DNA of 64,000 nt from Clostridia bacterium (GTDB lineage: Bacteria; Bacillota; Clostridia; Christensenellales; Borkfalkiaceae). The notes beneath the pieces are model-generated. The model searched no databases, was not told where the DNA came from, and saw nothing but the letters and a program-made list of their open reading frames with translations. Shown here piece after piece: positions 47,766 through 56,529 of the stretch (position 1 is its first letter; each line of letters begins with the position of its first letter). The stretch covers positions 76,645 through 140,644 of the forward strand of contig JAFTQO010000009.1 in NCBI GenBank assembly GCA_017462735.1, in the 5' to 3' direction. A program made the translations under genes and the position numbers.

Positions 47766-47816
47766 GGAAGAAGTTCATATAAACGCCGAAATTTTTTTAA
47801 AGATTAGAGGTTCTAG

Positions 47817-48113
47817 ATGTATTACGTTTACGTATTAGTAAATAAGACGAATAAAGTTATGTACGTCGGGGTTACTAACGACTTACAACGCCGGTTGTAC
47901 GAGCATAAGAAAGAACTCGTAGAAGGCTTTACAAAAAGGTATCACATTCATAAATTGGTATATTACGAAGAGTATAGTGACGTAAAAGAGGCTATTGCAA
48001 GAGAAAAGCAGATAAAAGGCTTTTTGCGTGTCCGAAAGAATCAATTAGTAGAAACAATAAATCCTAATTGGGTGGATTTATCCAGCGAATTATTTTCAGG
48101 AGCCTTTGACTAA
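47817..48113 (+). CDS. GIY-YIG nuclease family protein (small, UPF0213/YhbQ-like)
   Basis: It begins MYYVYVLVNKTNKVMYVGVTNDLQRRLYEHK, a textbook GIY-YIG motif. It is 98 aa. Confidence 0.8.
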   Translation: MYYVYVLVNKTNKVMYVGVTNDLQRRLYEHKKELVEGFTKRYHIHKLVYYEEYSDVKEAIAREKQIKGFLRVRKNQLVETINPNWVDLSSELFSGAFD

Positions 48114-48136
48114 GTCGTTTGCTCCTTTTATTGCCA

Positions 48137-48172
48137 CCATACTGTCATTCTTGAATGGAGCGAAGCGCAATG
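48137..48172. repeat. Right flank direct repeat copy (ctGTCATTCTTGAATGGAGCGAAGCGcaatgaagaatc)
   Basis: 23 of 24 positions are identical to 47738..47761. Confidence 0.6.
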
Positions 48173-48257
48173 AAGAATCTAACGTGCATTATTTTGCTCA
48201 AAATAAAACTAAAAACAAAAAACGCGGCTTAAAAAACCGCGTTTTTTCTATGGTTTG

Positions 48258-48497
48258 TTAATATTCTTTTTTCCCTACTAAAAAGTCAAGCGAGACGTCA
48301 TAAAGATTGGCAAGTTTGATAAAGTTTTGCAAAGTGGGCACAGCCAAGCCCCGTTCGTATGCTTGATAAGACTGATAGGAAATCCCAAGTTTTATAGCCA
48401 CGTCCGATTGCGTCCAACCGTTTTGTATGCGCAATTCGTATAAATTGTCTTGTAATGCCTTATATTCAGGTAAGAATTCTTTCTTCATACTTGACAT
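48258..48497 (-). CDS. XRE family HTH transcriptional regulator
   Basis: LRIQNGWTQSDVAIKLGISYQSYQAYERG is the Cro/C1-type HTH. Confidence 0.7.
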   Translation of the reverse strand: MSSMKKEFLPEYKALQDNLYELRIQNGWTQSDVAIKLGISYQSYQAYERGLAVPTLQNFIKLANLYDVSLDFLVGKKEY

Positions 48498-48568
48498 TAT
48501 ACAGTTTGTAGTTGTATAATGGTGGATATACAGTTTAAAACTGTGCAATGGATAAAAGGAGCAAGTAT

Positions 48569-49221
48569 ATGAAAAAGAAATGGCTTTTAGGGTTACTTAG
48601 TAGACTTTGTGTGGCGACTTGCGCGCTGGGTTTTGCGGCGTGTAGCGGTAGTGATAGCGGTGACGCAGGCAAAGACGGAAAATCTGCGTACGAAATTTGG
48701 CTAGAGACAGGACATACGGGCGATGAAGAAGACTTCCTTGATTGCCTGAAAGATAGCGACGATACGGAGGAAGAAGGCACACCTGGTCTTCACTATCAAC
48801 GCATTTCGGGTAAAGACGAGTATCGTGTCATTGACGTAGGCTTGGCGGCGGAATACGATATCGTCATCTCTTCGACCTACAATGGTTTACCCGTCACGGA
48901 AATTGCAGATAGTGCTTTTAAAGGCAATCACTATATAGAAAGTGTCATTATTCCCAACAGTGTGAAAACTATTGCTATGATGCGTTCGCTTATTGCGATA
49001 GTTTGACGGAGATTGTCATCCCTGACAGCGTGACTAGTATCAACAAATATGCGTTCGGTGAGTGCGATAATTTGACGATTTATTGCGAGGCGACAAGCAA
49101 GCCGATTGGTTGGGATAGTGATTGGAATTATAACTGTCCCACCTATTGGTACAGCGAAACTCAGCCGACGACGGAAGGCAATTATTGGCACTACGTAGAT
49201 GGCGTCCCTACTATATGGTAA
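48569..49221 (+). pseudogene. BspA-type leucine-rich-repeat lipoprotein, interrupted by a -1 frameshift near 48975..48985
   Basis: Lipobox GFAACSGS. LRR units AFKGNHYIESVIIPNSVKTI (frame 1) continue in frame 2 as CENYCYDAFAYCDSLTEIVIPDSVTSINKYAFGECDNLT. One base appears to be missing in 'attgctatgatg'. Confidence 0.6.
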
Positions 49222-49271
49222 AAAGAAAAAGCCACCGCAAATAAAAGCGGTGGCTTTTTAATTGATAGGAT

Positions 49272-49823
49272 TTACAAGGTTTCCTCTTTGAAAGTTTCGC
49301 CTGTGGAAAGGTCTTTCCAAATCAGTTTGTCGCCGTCGAGGACAAGATAACTATTGGGCGTCCCATCTTTGGGCAGGGAAACGGAGCCACAGTTGGCGTA
49401 GTACGCGCCGCCCGCCAAAGGCGTAAACTCAGGGGTGTGGAAATGCCCGTTGAGGAGTAAGTCCCCCGCTTGTAAGGGCGGCAAAATTTCTTTATTAAAA
49501 AGATGCCCGTGCGTTAAAAAGAGGTTGCGTTTTTCGCAAGGGAGCAGGGCGTAGTCCGCCATCATCGGGAAGTCTAAGACCATTTGATCCACTTCGCTGT
49601 CGCAATTCCCCCGTACGCAGACGAGTTTTTCTTTTGTAGCGTTGAGCATCGCAAAAACATCCTTAGGACAGTAATCTTTGGGGAAGTCGTTTCTAGGGCC
49701 GTGGTATAATAAGTCGCCAAGTAGGCAAAGTTTGTCCGCGCCCTCTTCTTGGAAAGCGGAGAGCAGTTTTTTGCACCAGTATGCCGAGCCGTGTATATCG
49801 GCGGCAAAGATAAGTTTTGACAT
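49272..49823 (-). CDS. YfcE-like metallophosphoesterase (calcineurin-like phosphodiesterase)
   Basis: The MPP metal-ligand motifs DIHG...GD...GNCD...HGH...GHFH are present. It is 183 aa. Confidence 0.8.
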   Translation of the reverse strand: MSKLIFAADIHGSAYWCKKLLSAFQEEGADKLCLLGDLLYHGPRNDFPKDYCPKDVFAMLNATKEKLVCVRGNCDSEVDQMVLDFPMMADYALLPCEKRNLFLTHGHLFNKEILPPLQAGDLLLNGHFHTPEFTPLAGGAYYANCGSVSLPKDGTPNSYLVLDGDKLIWKDLSTGETFKEETL

Positions 49824-49863
49824 AATTTCTCCTTAAAAAAGCCCCGTTTGCACGGGGCAGGGA

Positions 49864-50856
49864 TTAGAATACGAATTTAAAGACGGTAATACCTACGGGC
49901 AGGAAAGCGCCGCTTTCAATGAGCGAGGCTTGCTGGTCCATGACGGTAGGGAGGTCGTTTTCGCTGAACGTCTTGACGGGGAATTGAGAAAATTCTACCG
50001 CTTTATTGGCAAGTACGTTGATAGCGGTGGAGATAAACTCGCTACTTTCGCAGATGCACTTGACGGTGACGCCGTTCTTCATCGCATTTTGAAGATTGAC
50101 GGGCAACGTCTTGTCGGTGTTGGCGCAGAAAGCGATATAGGCGTTTCTAGACACCAACGAGAAAAGGGAAGAGGCGTCGACGCGGTTGTTCATCGCAAGA
50201 TACACCGCAGCGTCGGCAAGTTTCCCGCCCGTCGCTTTGAGGACGTTGTTTTTCAGCGATTCGTCGTTTTTAAAAGTGTAGTAAATACCGCTCTTTTTGG
50301 CGATGGCAAGTCTTTCTTCGTTGCTGTCGACAAGCAGGGGGACGGCGCGGTGATAGATGAGGATTTGGCAAAGTACGTTGCCGTACAGCCCACCGCCGAG
50401 CACGACGACGTGTTGACCGACGGAGACGTGCAGTTCGTCAATCACGCGTTCCGCAAAGGCGACGGCGTCGATAAGGAAAGCGGCTTCGTCGCTGACGGAG
50501 GCGGGTAAGACGTAGCAATCGTTTACGCCAGCCAAGGCAAAATCTTTATAAAAGCCGTCGCGGGTTTCCCCTGCGACTTCCAGCCCTCCCGTTTCCTCTT
50601 CGGTGACGTCGGCAAGATAAACCCTGTCCCCTTTTTGCATAAAGGAATCCGTCCCCGCTTCGGTGACTTGCCCGATGGCAAATCTCCCGGGGATAATAGG
50701 CGCTTTGACTTTGGTAATACCCGTGTAAACGGAGAGGTCCGCTTCCGTCAAAATTGCTTTGGTGATTTTAATTTTTGCCGACCCGTCCGTCAGTTTCAAG
50801 TCGGGCGCGGTTGCCCGTTCGATATGGTGCGGAGAGGTCAATTGCCAAACTTTCAT
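49864..50856 (-). CDS. MDR-superfamily (alcohol dehydrogenase-like) protein lacking catalytic and structural zinc ligands
   Basis: It has a GroES-like N-terminal domain and a Rossmann VVVLGGGLYG. The GHE motif is replaced by GRF. It lacks the Cys ligands. Confidence 0.65.
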   Translation of the reverse strand: MKVWQLTSPHHIERATAPDLKLTDGSAKIKITKAILTEADLSVYTGITKVKAPIIPGRFAIGQVTEAGTDSFMQKGDRVYLADVTEEETGGLEVAGETRDGFYKDFALAGVNDCYVLPASVSDEAAFLIDAVAFAERVIDELHVSVGQHVVVLGGGLYGNVLCQILIYHRAVPLLVDSNEERLAIAKKSGIYYTFKNDESLKNNVLKATGGKLADAAVYLAMNNRVDASSLFSLVSRNAYIAFCANTDKTLPVNLQNAMKNGVTVKCICESSEFISTAINVLANKAVEFSQFPVKTFSENDLPTVMDQQASLIESGAFLPVGITVFKFVF

Positions 50857-50974
50857 CGAAACAATCCTTTTTTTGAGAATAACGTGCAGGGAAACCCTTG
50901 CGCGTAAGATAAAATAAGTATAACGCATTTTTGGGAAATTTGCAACTATTTTTTACAAATTCCCGCAAAAACAG

Positions 50975-51003
50975 TTGACGAGCCTAAAAAAAAGCGTTAT
51001 AAT
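50975..51003 (+). promoter_or_regulatory. Sigma-A promoter TTGACG-N17-TATAAT for rpmE
   Basis: The spacing is canonical, about 38 nt upstream of ATG 51041. Confidence 0.6.
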
Positions 51004-51040
51004 TGGAAAGCATTTGAAAAAATACTGGCGAGGTGAGAAC

Positions 51041-51244
51041 ATGAAAGCTGATATCCATCCCAAATATCATGAAGTAACTGTGGTCTGCGCCTGCGGTTCT
51101 ACGTTCAAAACGGGCACGACGAAAGAAGGCGACGTGATGAAAGTAGATATTTGCAGCAACTGCCATCCTTTCTTTACTGGCAAGCAGAAGTTAGTTGATA
51201 CCGGTGGACGTATCGATAAGTTCAAGAAGAGATACGGTATCTAA
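51041..51244 (+). CDS. rpmE: 50S ribosomal protein L31 (zinc-ribbon type A)
   Basis: [22 protein letters not shown]...[10 protein letters not shown] has the Cys ligands of zinc-binding L31. An AGGTGAG RBS precedes it. Confidence 0.9.
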   Translation: MKADIHPKYHEVTVVCACGSTFKTGTTKEGDVMKVDICSNCHPFFTGKQKLVDTGGRIDKFKKRYGI

Positions 51245-51715
51245 GTGGTGAAATGGTAGGGTTTAAGGGGCACCTTAAACCCTTTTTTCTGCTTTTCTTT
51301 TTATAGGAGGCGCATCTCTGCGTTGCGGTTTGCTTACATACTATCGGTATGTGCGCTCACCGCGCCTTGACCTGCTTTCCTCTAAAAAGAAAAAGTTGGG
51401 TATATAGCCTTCGGGATACTGCGTTGTACTGCGCGCCTTTTAGGTCGTGTACGCATAAGTACACTCCCGTCAAAGGTGCTCGTACGCCTTGTCTTCCTTG
51501 GCTCTAAAAAGAAAATTTCTTCTTATAGGCGCATCTCTGCGTTGCGGCTTGCTTACATACTATCGGTATGTGCGCTCGCCGCGCCTTGACCTGCTTGCCT
51601 CTAAAAAGAAAAGGTTTTCTTTAATGCATAGCGCATAGTGTAAAGTGAAGGGAAAATAAAATAATTCCACAACTATGCACTTTGCATTTTGCATTATGCA
51701 CTAACAAAACAATGC
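51245..51715. repeat. Tandem array of four intergenic repeat modules (B1 51291..51395, C 51396..51516, B2 51517..51614, A 51622..51705)
   Basis: B1 and B2 are about 90 % identical (cttataggNgcatctctgcgttgcggYttgcttacatactatcggtatgtgcgctcRccgcgccttgacctgcttYcctctaaaaagaaaa). C matches 26806..26960. A matches 27030, 62976 and 63864. B contains an ACATACtatcgGTATGT hairpin. Confidence 0.7.
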
Positions 51716-51756
51716 ATAACGGCGATAAAAAATAATATAATTCCTTAAGGGTAATT

Positions 51757-53598
51757 ATGAAAGAAAAGAAGCAAAAGCAAAAAAGGCACTTGACCTACGT
51801 TGGCGGTCAAGCGGTAATGGAAGGGGTCATGATGCGCGGAAAAACCGCCATGGCAACCGCCGTCCGCGACCCTGAGGGGAAGGTGCAAATAGAATCGGAA
51901 AGACTTACTCCGCATAAAAAGCGCAGTAAGTTTTCTCGCTTGCCTTTTATCCGCGGGATAGTCAGTTTTGTCAACTCGTTGTACGTGGGTAACAAGGTGC
52001 TTTTGCGTAGCGCAGACGTCGCGATGGACGAAGAGGAAGAGACCCCGACGAAAGCGGAAAAATGGTTGGCTGAAAAGCATAAAATCAACCTTTCCGCCAT
52101 TTTTGACGTCGTAGCAATCGTCTTTGGTGTGTTGCTGGCGATAGCGATTTTTATCGTATTCCCGCAATTTTTAACCCGCCTCACCGGCTTTAACGGTTCG
52201 GGCGCCGATTGGGAGGCGTTCTGGTTTAACTTAATCGAAGGCGGGATTCGCTTAGGGGTATTTATCCTGTACGTCGTGATTATGGGGCTTATCCCTTCTC
52301 TCAAGCGGGTATATATGTGTCACGGCGCCGAGCATAAGACGATTAATTGCTATGAAAACGGAGAGGAATTGACGGTGGAAAACGTCAAAAAATGCTCCCG
52401 ATTGCACGACAGGTGTGGTACGACCTTCCTTTTCCTCGTGATGGCGATAGGGATATTGGTCTTTTCGCTTGCCAATTTAGTTGTCGGGCAGTTTGTCTAC
52501 GGCGACAACGATTTTGTCAATGCGGCGGTGCGGATACTCTTTAAAGTATTGATGTTGCCCATCGTGGCGGCGGTCTCCTACGAGGTGTTGCGCCTGCTTG
52601 CCAAGACGAAAAATAAAATCTTCTTGCTCTTTAAATTCCCCGGCTTATTATTACAGCGTCTTACGACGAGAGAGCCCGAGGATCAAATGATAGAGTGCGC
52701 CATCGCCGCTTTCAATAAAGTGCAGGAAATGGACGCCGATCCCACCGTCCCCGAAAGTCGGTTTATTACGTCGGCAAAACTCAGCGAACTGTTGGAAAAC
52801 ACCAAAAAACGCTTTGCAAACTGCGGTATTGACGAAGAGGAAGCGGAGTGGATTTTTGCTTTAGAATTGGATATTCCCAAGAGCGCGGTATCTAGCGAAG
52901 AACGTATCTTAAAGCGTACGCAGGTCAAAAAACTATTGGCAATAGCCGACGAACGCTTGACGGGTAGACCCCTTTGGTATATCATCGGCGACGCGGATTT
53001 CTACGGCTATAAAATCAAAGTAGACGAACGGGTTCTCATCCCTCGTCCCGAAACGGAAGAACTTGCCCTGCAAGTAGTAGGCGCTGCGGAAGAAGGGTTT
53101 GAGATTCTTGATTTGTGCACGGGCAGCGGCGCGATTTCCATTGCCGTGTATAAAGAATTGCAAAAGAAGGGCGTTGCCGTCAAGATGACGGCGGCGGACA
53201 TCAGTCAAGACGCTTTGGAATTGGCAAAAGAAAACGCCGAGGCGAACGAAGCGGACATCAAATTTGTCAAGTCGGATATGTTTGGGCGGATTAGAAACCG
53301 CTTTAACATCATTGTCAGCAACCCTCCGTATATCCCGACGGCAGAGATTGAGGGATTACAAAAGGAAGTCAAAGATTACGAGCCTCGCGGTGCGCTGGAC
53401 GGCGGCAAAGACGGCTTGGATTTCTACCGCATTATCGCAAAGGAAGCGCCCAAATATTTGACGCGTGGCGGTATGATTATGTTAGAGGTCGGGCAAGGTC
53501 AGGCGGAGGACGTCGTAAAACTGTTTAAATACTGTGATTATTCGATTATCGTCAAGGATATGGCGGGCGTTGACAGATTTGTCAAAATCGTCATTTAA
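51757..53598 (+). CDS. prmC: Fusion protein: DUF1385 (YqhQ-like metal-dependent membrane-associated enzyme) + PrmC/HemK release-factor glutamine N5-methyltransferase
   Basis: The N-terminal half has YVGGQAVMEGVMMRG and HGAEHK (DUF1385 hallmarks) plus TM helices. The C-terminal half has TGSGAISIAV and NPPY (IVSNPPYIPTAE). It is a single 613 aa ORF. Confidence 0.75.
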   Translation: MKEKKQKQKRHLTYVGGQAVMEGVMMRGKTAMATAVRDPEGKVQIESERLTPHKKRSKFSRLPFIRGIVSFVNSLYVGNKVLLRSADVAMDEEEETPTKAEKWLAEKHKINLSAIFDVVAIVFGVLLAIAIFIVFPQFLTRLTGFNGSGADWEAFWFNLIEGGIRLGVFILYVVIMGLIPSLKRVYMCHGAEHKTINCYENGEELTVENVKKCSRLHDRCGTTFLFLVMAIGILVFSLANLVVGQFVYGDNDFVNAAVRILFKVLMLPIVAAVSYEVLRLLAKTKNKIFLLFKFPGLLLQRLTTREPEDQMIECAIAAFNKVQEMDADPTVPESRFITSAKLSELLENTKKRFANCGIDEEEAEWIFALELDIPKSAVSSEERILKRTQVKKLLAIADERLTGRPLWYIIGDADFYGYKIKVDERVLIPRPETEELALQVVGAAEEGFEILDLCTGSGAISIAVYKELQKKGVAVKMTAADISQDALELAKENAEANEADIKFVKSDMFGRIRNRFNIIVSNPPYIPTAEIEGLQKEVKDYEPRGALDGGKDGLDFYRIIAKEAPKYLTRGGMIMLEVGQGQAEDVVKLFKYCDYSIIVKDMAGVDRFVKIVI

Positions 53599-53609
53599 GG
53601 GAGGCAGGT

Positions 53610-54680
53610 ATGTTTTCAAAACTTGACGAAATGCTGTCACGCTACCGCGCTTTGACGGAAAAACTCGCCGACGCAGACGTGCTTGCTGATACTTCTTTGT
53701 ATCAAAAATGCTGTAAGGAACACGCCGATTTAGAAGAGACGGCGGTGGCTTACGAAAAGTATTTAGCGACGCAAAAAGAGATGCAAGACGCCTTTGAAAT
53801 GGCGGAGATAGAGAGCGATGGCGAGATGAAAAAGATGCTCCTCGACGAGGGGTATGCTTGCAAAGAAAGACTCGCCGAAATGACGGGCGAACTCAAAATC
53901 TTACTCCTGCCTAAGGACGAGAACGACGAAAAAAACTGTATTTTAGAGGTACGTGCGGGCACGGGCGGCGAAGAAGCGGCGCTGTTTGCGGCGGAACTTT
54001 GCCGTATGTACGTCAACTTTTGCGCGGCAAATCGCCTGAAGGTCGAAGAGATGGAGATTGCGGCAACCGAACTCGGCGGCATAAAAGAGGCAATCTATTC
54101 TATCAGTGGCAAAGGGGCGTATAAACTTTTGAAATACGAAAGCGGCGTGCACCGCGTACAGCGTGTACCCGCGACGGAGACGCAGGGTCGTATCCACACC
54201 TCGGCGGCGACGGTAGCAGTCCTGCCCGAGGCAGAAGAGGTAGAGGTGGAGATACTCGACAAAGATATCCGTATCGATATCTTCCACTCTGGCGGGGCTG
54301 GCGGTCAAAACGTCAACAAGGTCGCTTCCGCCGTGCGTATCACCCATTTCCCGACGGGGATTGTCGTCACTTGCCAAGACGAGCGTTCGCAACTCAAAAA
54401 CAAGGAGCGTGCTTTCAAAGTGCTCCGTTCCCGTATCTACGATTTTTACAATAGTCAAAAATCCAAAGAGCGCGAGGATAACCGACGTAGCATGGTCGGT
54501 AGCGGGGACAGAAGCGAACGTATCCGCACCTACAATTTCCCGCAAAGCAGGGTGACAGATCACCGTATAGGCTTGAGTCAATATAACTTAGACGCCTTTA
54601 TGACGGGGGATATTTCCTCGATGGTGGAGGCGCTGACGATAGCGGATAGAGAGGCGCTTTTGTCTTCTCAAGAGGACTAA
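53610..54680 (+). CDS. prfA: Peptide chain release factor 1
   Basis: The PAT tripeptide context (VPATETQGRIHTS) and the GGQ motif (SGGAGGQNVNKV) are present. It is 356 aa. Confidence 0.95.
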   Translation: MFSKLDEMLSRYRALTEKLADADVLADTSLYQKCCKEHADLEETAVAYEKYLATQKEMQDAFEMAEIESDGEMKKMLLDEGYACKERLAEMTGELKILLLPKDENDEKNCILEVRAGTGGEEAALFAAELCRMYVNFCAANRLKVEEMEIAATELGGIKEAIYSISGKGAYKLLKYESGVHRVQRVPATETQGRIHTSAATVAVLPEAEEVEVEILDKDIRIDIFHSGGAGGQNVNKVASAVRITHFPTGIVVTCQDERSQLKNKERAFKVLRSRIYDFYNSQKSKEREDNRRSMVGSGDRSERIRTYNFPQSRVTDHRIGLSQYNLDAFMTGDISSMVEALTIADREALLSSQED

Positions 54681-54689
54681 TAAAAAAGA

Positions 54690-54716
54690 AAACGGACGCA
54701 ATCGCGCCCGTTTTTA
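54690..54716 (+). terminator. Putative terminator after prfA
   Basis: aacggacgcaatcgcgcccgttttt is an imperfect stem followed by T5. Confidence 0.4.
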
Positions 54717-54731
54717 TTGATTGAAGTCGTC

Positions 54732-54764
54732 TAAAAAAGCACCCCAGAAGGGGTGCTTTTAGTT
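54732..54764. terminator. Bidirectional rho-independent terminator (glyQS side)
   Basis: aaaaaaGCACCCCagaaGGGGTGCtttt. Confidence 0.7.
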
Positions 54765-54780
54765 TGCTTAAATTAAGCGA

Positions 54781-56181
54781 TTAGAATTCGCATTTTTCCT
54801 TGACGTAAGCAATCGCTTCGTCGATAGGCAAGCGGATTTGTTCCATGCTATCTCTGTCGCGGACAGTCACCGTGCCGTCTTCTACCGTTTGGAAATCGAC
54901 GGTCATACAGAAAGGCGTACCGATTTCGTCTTGACGGCGGTATCTCTTGCCGATAGAACCCGTCAAGTCGTAAGTAGCAGGGAATTGTTTCAACGCTTTT
55001 GTATAGATTTCGTCCGCTTTGTCTGCAAGCCCCTTTTGCAAAGGCAACACCGCGCATTTAAAAGGCGCGAGAGCGGGGTGCAAGCGAAGGACGGTACGGA
55101 TATCGTTCTTTTCCGCGTCTACCACTTCTTCGTCGTAAGCGTCGGTCAAGAAAGCAAGCACGACGCGTTCTACCCCCAGAGAGGGCTCTACGACGTAAGG
55201 GACGTATCTTTCGTTCGTCACAGGGTCGACGTAGTCGATAGGCTTACCGCATTCTTTTGCGTGTTGGGATAAGTCGTAGTCGGTACGGTCGGCAATCCCC
55301 CAAAGTTCGCCCCAGCCGAAAGCGAAGTTGTATTCAAAGTCGGTGGTCGCCTTAGAGTAGAAGCAAAGTTCTTCGGGACTGTGGTCGCGAAGGTGCAAGT
55401 TTTCTGCCTTCATACCGAGGGACAACAGCCAGTCGCGGCAGAAGTCTTTCCAGTAAGCAAACCACTCAAGGTCGGTACCGGGTTTGCAGAAGAATTCGAG
55501 TTCCATTTGCTCAAATTCACGCACGCGGAAGATAAAGTTGCCGGGGGTGATTTCGTTGCGGAAAGATTTCCCGATTTGCCCGATCCCGAAAGGTACGCGC
55601 ATACGGGTAGAGCGTTGCACGTTGGCAAAGTTGACGAAGATACCTTGTGCCGTTTCGGGGCGAAGGTATACCGTATTCACGCTGTCTTCCGTAACCCCTT
55701 GGAAGGTCTTGAACATCAGGTTGAATTTTCTAATAGGGGTGAAATCGCTGTTGCCGCAGATAGGGCAGGCGATTTTCTTTTCGGTAATGAACGCTTCCAT
55801 TGCGTCGTTGTCCATGCTTTCTACCTTGACGTTGAGCCCGTGTTTTTCCACGTATTTTTCGATGAGGCTATCCGCGCGGTGACGGGACTTACAGGATTTG
55901 CAGTCCATCAAAGGGTCGGAGAAGCCGCCGATATGCCCGGACGCTTTCCAAGTGCGAGGGTTCATAAGTATCGCGCAATCAAGCCCTGTGTTGTAAGGAT
56001 TCTCTTGTACGAATTTTTTCCACCACGCCTTTTTGACGTTGTTTTTCAGTTCTACACCCAAGGGGCCGAAGTCCCAGGTGTTGGCAAGGCCGCCGTAAAT
56101 TTCGCTACCAGGGAAAATAAACCCTCTATTTTTGCAAAGGGATACCAATTTTTCCATCGTAACTGCTCTTTTTTGTGCCAT
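54781..56181 (-). CDS. glyQS: Glycine--tRNA ligase (homodimeric alpha2 type)
   Basis: The class II aaRS motifs are present. The N-terminus [22 protein letters not shown] is a GlyQS hallmark. ATG 56181 follows AAGGAG. Confidence 0.9.
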   Translation of the reverse strand: MAQKRAVTMEKLVSLCKNRGFIFPGSEIYGGLANTWDFGPLGVELKNNVKKAWWKKFVQENPYNTGLDCAILMNPRTWKASGHIGGFSDPLMDCKSCKSRHRADSLIEKYVEKHGLNVKVESMDNDAMEAFITEKKIACPICGNSDFTPIRKFNLMFKTFQGVTEDSVNTVYLRPETAQGIFVNFANVQRSTRMRVPFGIGQIGKSFRNEITPGNFIFRVREFEQMELEFFCKPGTDLEWFAYWKDFCRDWLLSLGMKAENLHLRDHSPEELCFYSKATTDFEYNFAFGWGELWGIADRTDYDLSQHAKECGKPIDYVDPVTNERYVPYVVEPSLGVERVVLAFLTDAYDEEVVDAEKNDIRTVLRLHPALAPFKCAVLPLQKGLADKADEIYTKALKQFPATYDLTGSIGKRYRRQDEIGTPFCMTVDFQTVEDGTVTVRDRDSMEQIRLPIDEAIAYVKEKCEF

Positions 56182-56213
56182 AATTTTCTCCTTAACGGTA
56201 TTCATACCGTTTC

Positions 56214-56242
56214 ATTATACCCTTTTTTGAAGGGTAAGTCAA
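56214..56242 (-). promoter_or_regulatory. Sigma-A promoter TTGACT-N17-TATAAT for glyQS; no T-box leader
   Basis: The minus strand reads tttgacttacccttcaaaaaagggtataatg. Only about 30 nt of leader lies before the RBS. Confidence 0.5.
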
Positions 56243-56464
56243 ACGTTTGTGAGAGCCAAAACTAAAATATTTCCTCAATTATGCATTATCAATTATGCGT
56301 TTTACAGTAAAACAGGTGGGGCAGGTACGAGTTTGGGCGAAAACAAGCCACCCGTGTACGGAAATTTGGGGCAAAAGCCGTTGGCGGGTTGGACGGATTA
56401 CCTGAGTAGAAAAACAAAAAAGGACAAAATTTTTAAAAAAATTTTAAAAAAACGTCGCGGAATT

Positions 56465-56494
56465 ATTCCCATTTTCGAAAATATATGCTATAAT
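56465..56494 (+). promoter_or_regulatory. Putative fhs promoter with extended -10 (TGcTATAAT), weak -35
   Basis: ...ttttcgaaaatatatgctataat... lies about 35 nt upstream of the fhs ATG. Confidence 0.4.
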
Positions 56495-56529
56495 AAAGCG
56501 TATTATAAACTATACGCGCGAGGGAAAAT

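Noticed and set aside
47672-49221. Prophage or integrative element at the GIY-YIG / XRE / LRR locus
   Set aside because: There is no integrase, recombinase, capsid or terminase gene. The repeats are short and local. It is better explained as a small GIY-YIG cassette plus an unrelated regulator and surface-protein pair.
51245-51715. Possible CRISPR array in the rpmE-prmC intergenic repeats
   Set aside because: The repeat units are roughly 100 nt, imperfect, of three different types and contiguous without unique spacers. No cas genes are in the window. It is an intergenic repeat family, not CRISPR.
56182-56450. Glycine T-box leader upstream of glyQS (minus strand)
   Set aside because: The glyQS promoter (TTGACT-N17-TATAAT) sits only about 30 nt from the RBS. 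No AGGGUGGNACCGCG T-box sequence or UGGA acceptor-pairing bulge was found on the minus strand.
56246-56529. ZTP (pfl) riboswitch upstream of fhs
   Set aside because: The conserved UGACUGGCG and CGCCUGGGCA cores are absent. The GC-rich block also lies upstream of the fhs promoter, so it would not be in the 5' UTR.
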